A stretch of DNA of 64,000 nt from Prorocentrum cordatum (Eukaryota), in contig CAUYUJ010000252.1 in NCBI GenBank assembly GCA_963575745.1, forward strand, positions 1-64,000, read 5' to 3'. Positions 63,484 to 64,000 of the stretch are shown piece after piece. The notes under the pieces were generated by a model. It did not search any database. It had not been told where the DNA came from and was given only the letters and a program-made list of their open reading frames with translations. The first letter of the stretch is position 1, and the number at the start of each line of letters is the position of its first letter. Position numbers and translations under genes: made by a program.

Positions 63484-63920
63484 AGAAGAGAGCGAGAGAG
63501 GAGCGGGAAGGGAGCCGAGGAGGCGTCGAGGGAGGGAGAGGGAGGGGCGGAGGGGGGAGAGGAGGAGGGGGGGGATGGGGGGGAGGGAAATAGGGAAAAA
63601 GGTGGCAGGGGTGCGGCGCTGCTCCTGCCCGCCGTCCTCCGCGCCGGCCGCGCTCTGCGGAGGCGGGAGGGGGCACGACGGAGCGCCAGAGGGAGCAGAG
63701 GTGTGCGCGCGTGGATTTTCACGGGGCTCGGGCGTGTGGTGGTGGTGGCCATCAGTGGTTGGTGCCTCCGTCCTCCTGTGCTGCGGGGGAAAAAAAGGAG
63801 AAGAGCGTCTGCTTGCCCTCTGGGCCACAACTCGCGTCATGCCGCGGGCATTCGCAACCCGCCTTCACCCCCCCATAACGTAACGTTCCCCCCCCCCCCC
63901 CCTCCCATCCCCCCCCCCCC

Positions 63921-63964
<44 letters not shown>

Positions 63965-64000
63965 CCCCCCCCGCCCCCCCCCCTCCACCACCCCCTCCCC

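Noticed and set aside
63886..64000. Poly-C tract
   Set aside because: Low-complexity and possibly low-quality sequence.

Overview
Eukaryotic, GC-rich, repeat-dense genomic window with one 100-N gap (38633-38732). It is most likely from a dinoflagellate: there are two near-perfect relics of the 22-nt DinoSL spliced leader, and the inferred introns use GC/GA/GT donors in an AG|G context. The overall composition resembles Prorocentrum-type genomes (inference). Most ORFs in the supplied track are artefacts of trinucleotide microsatellites. Supported content: (i) small + strand exons of an unknown Pro-rich protein (5780-24137); (ii) a + strand multi-exon FHA - SAM-like - FHA - PP2C gene (37860 to beyond 63285); (iii) a long uninterrupted EamA/DMT transporter ORF lying between two exons of that gene; (iv) at least five non-LTR retrotransposons or fragments, namely a young APE-RT-zf-RNaseH element, an L1-like fragment, a CRE/R2-type endonuclease fragment and two degenerate LINEs that begin exactly with a DinoSL relic; (v) many MITE-like foldbacks and dispersed repeats. 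The most interesting signals are the SL-headed LINEs, decayed codon-preserving 'echoes' of exon ends inside the flanking introns, foldbacks with AGGCCT (AG|GC) termini that could splice in either orientation, and the nested transporter ORF. All splice sites were inferred by eye.
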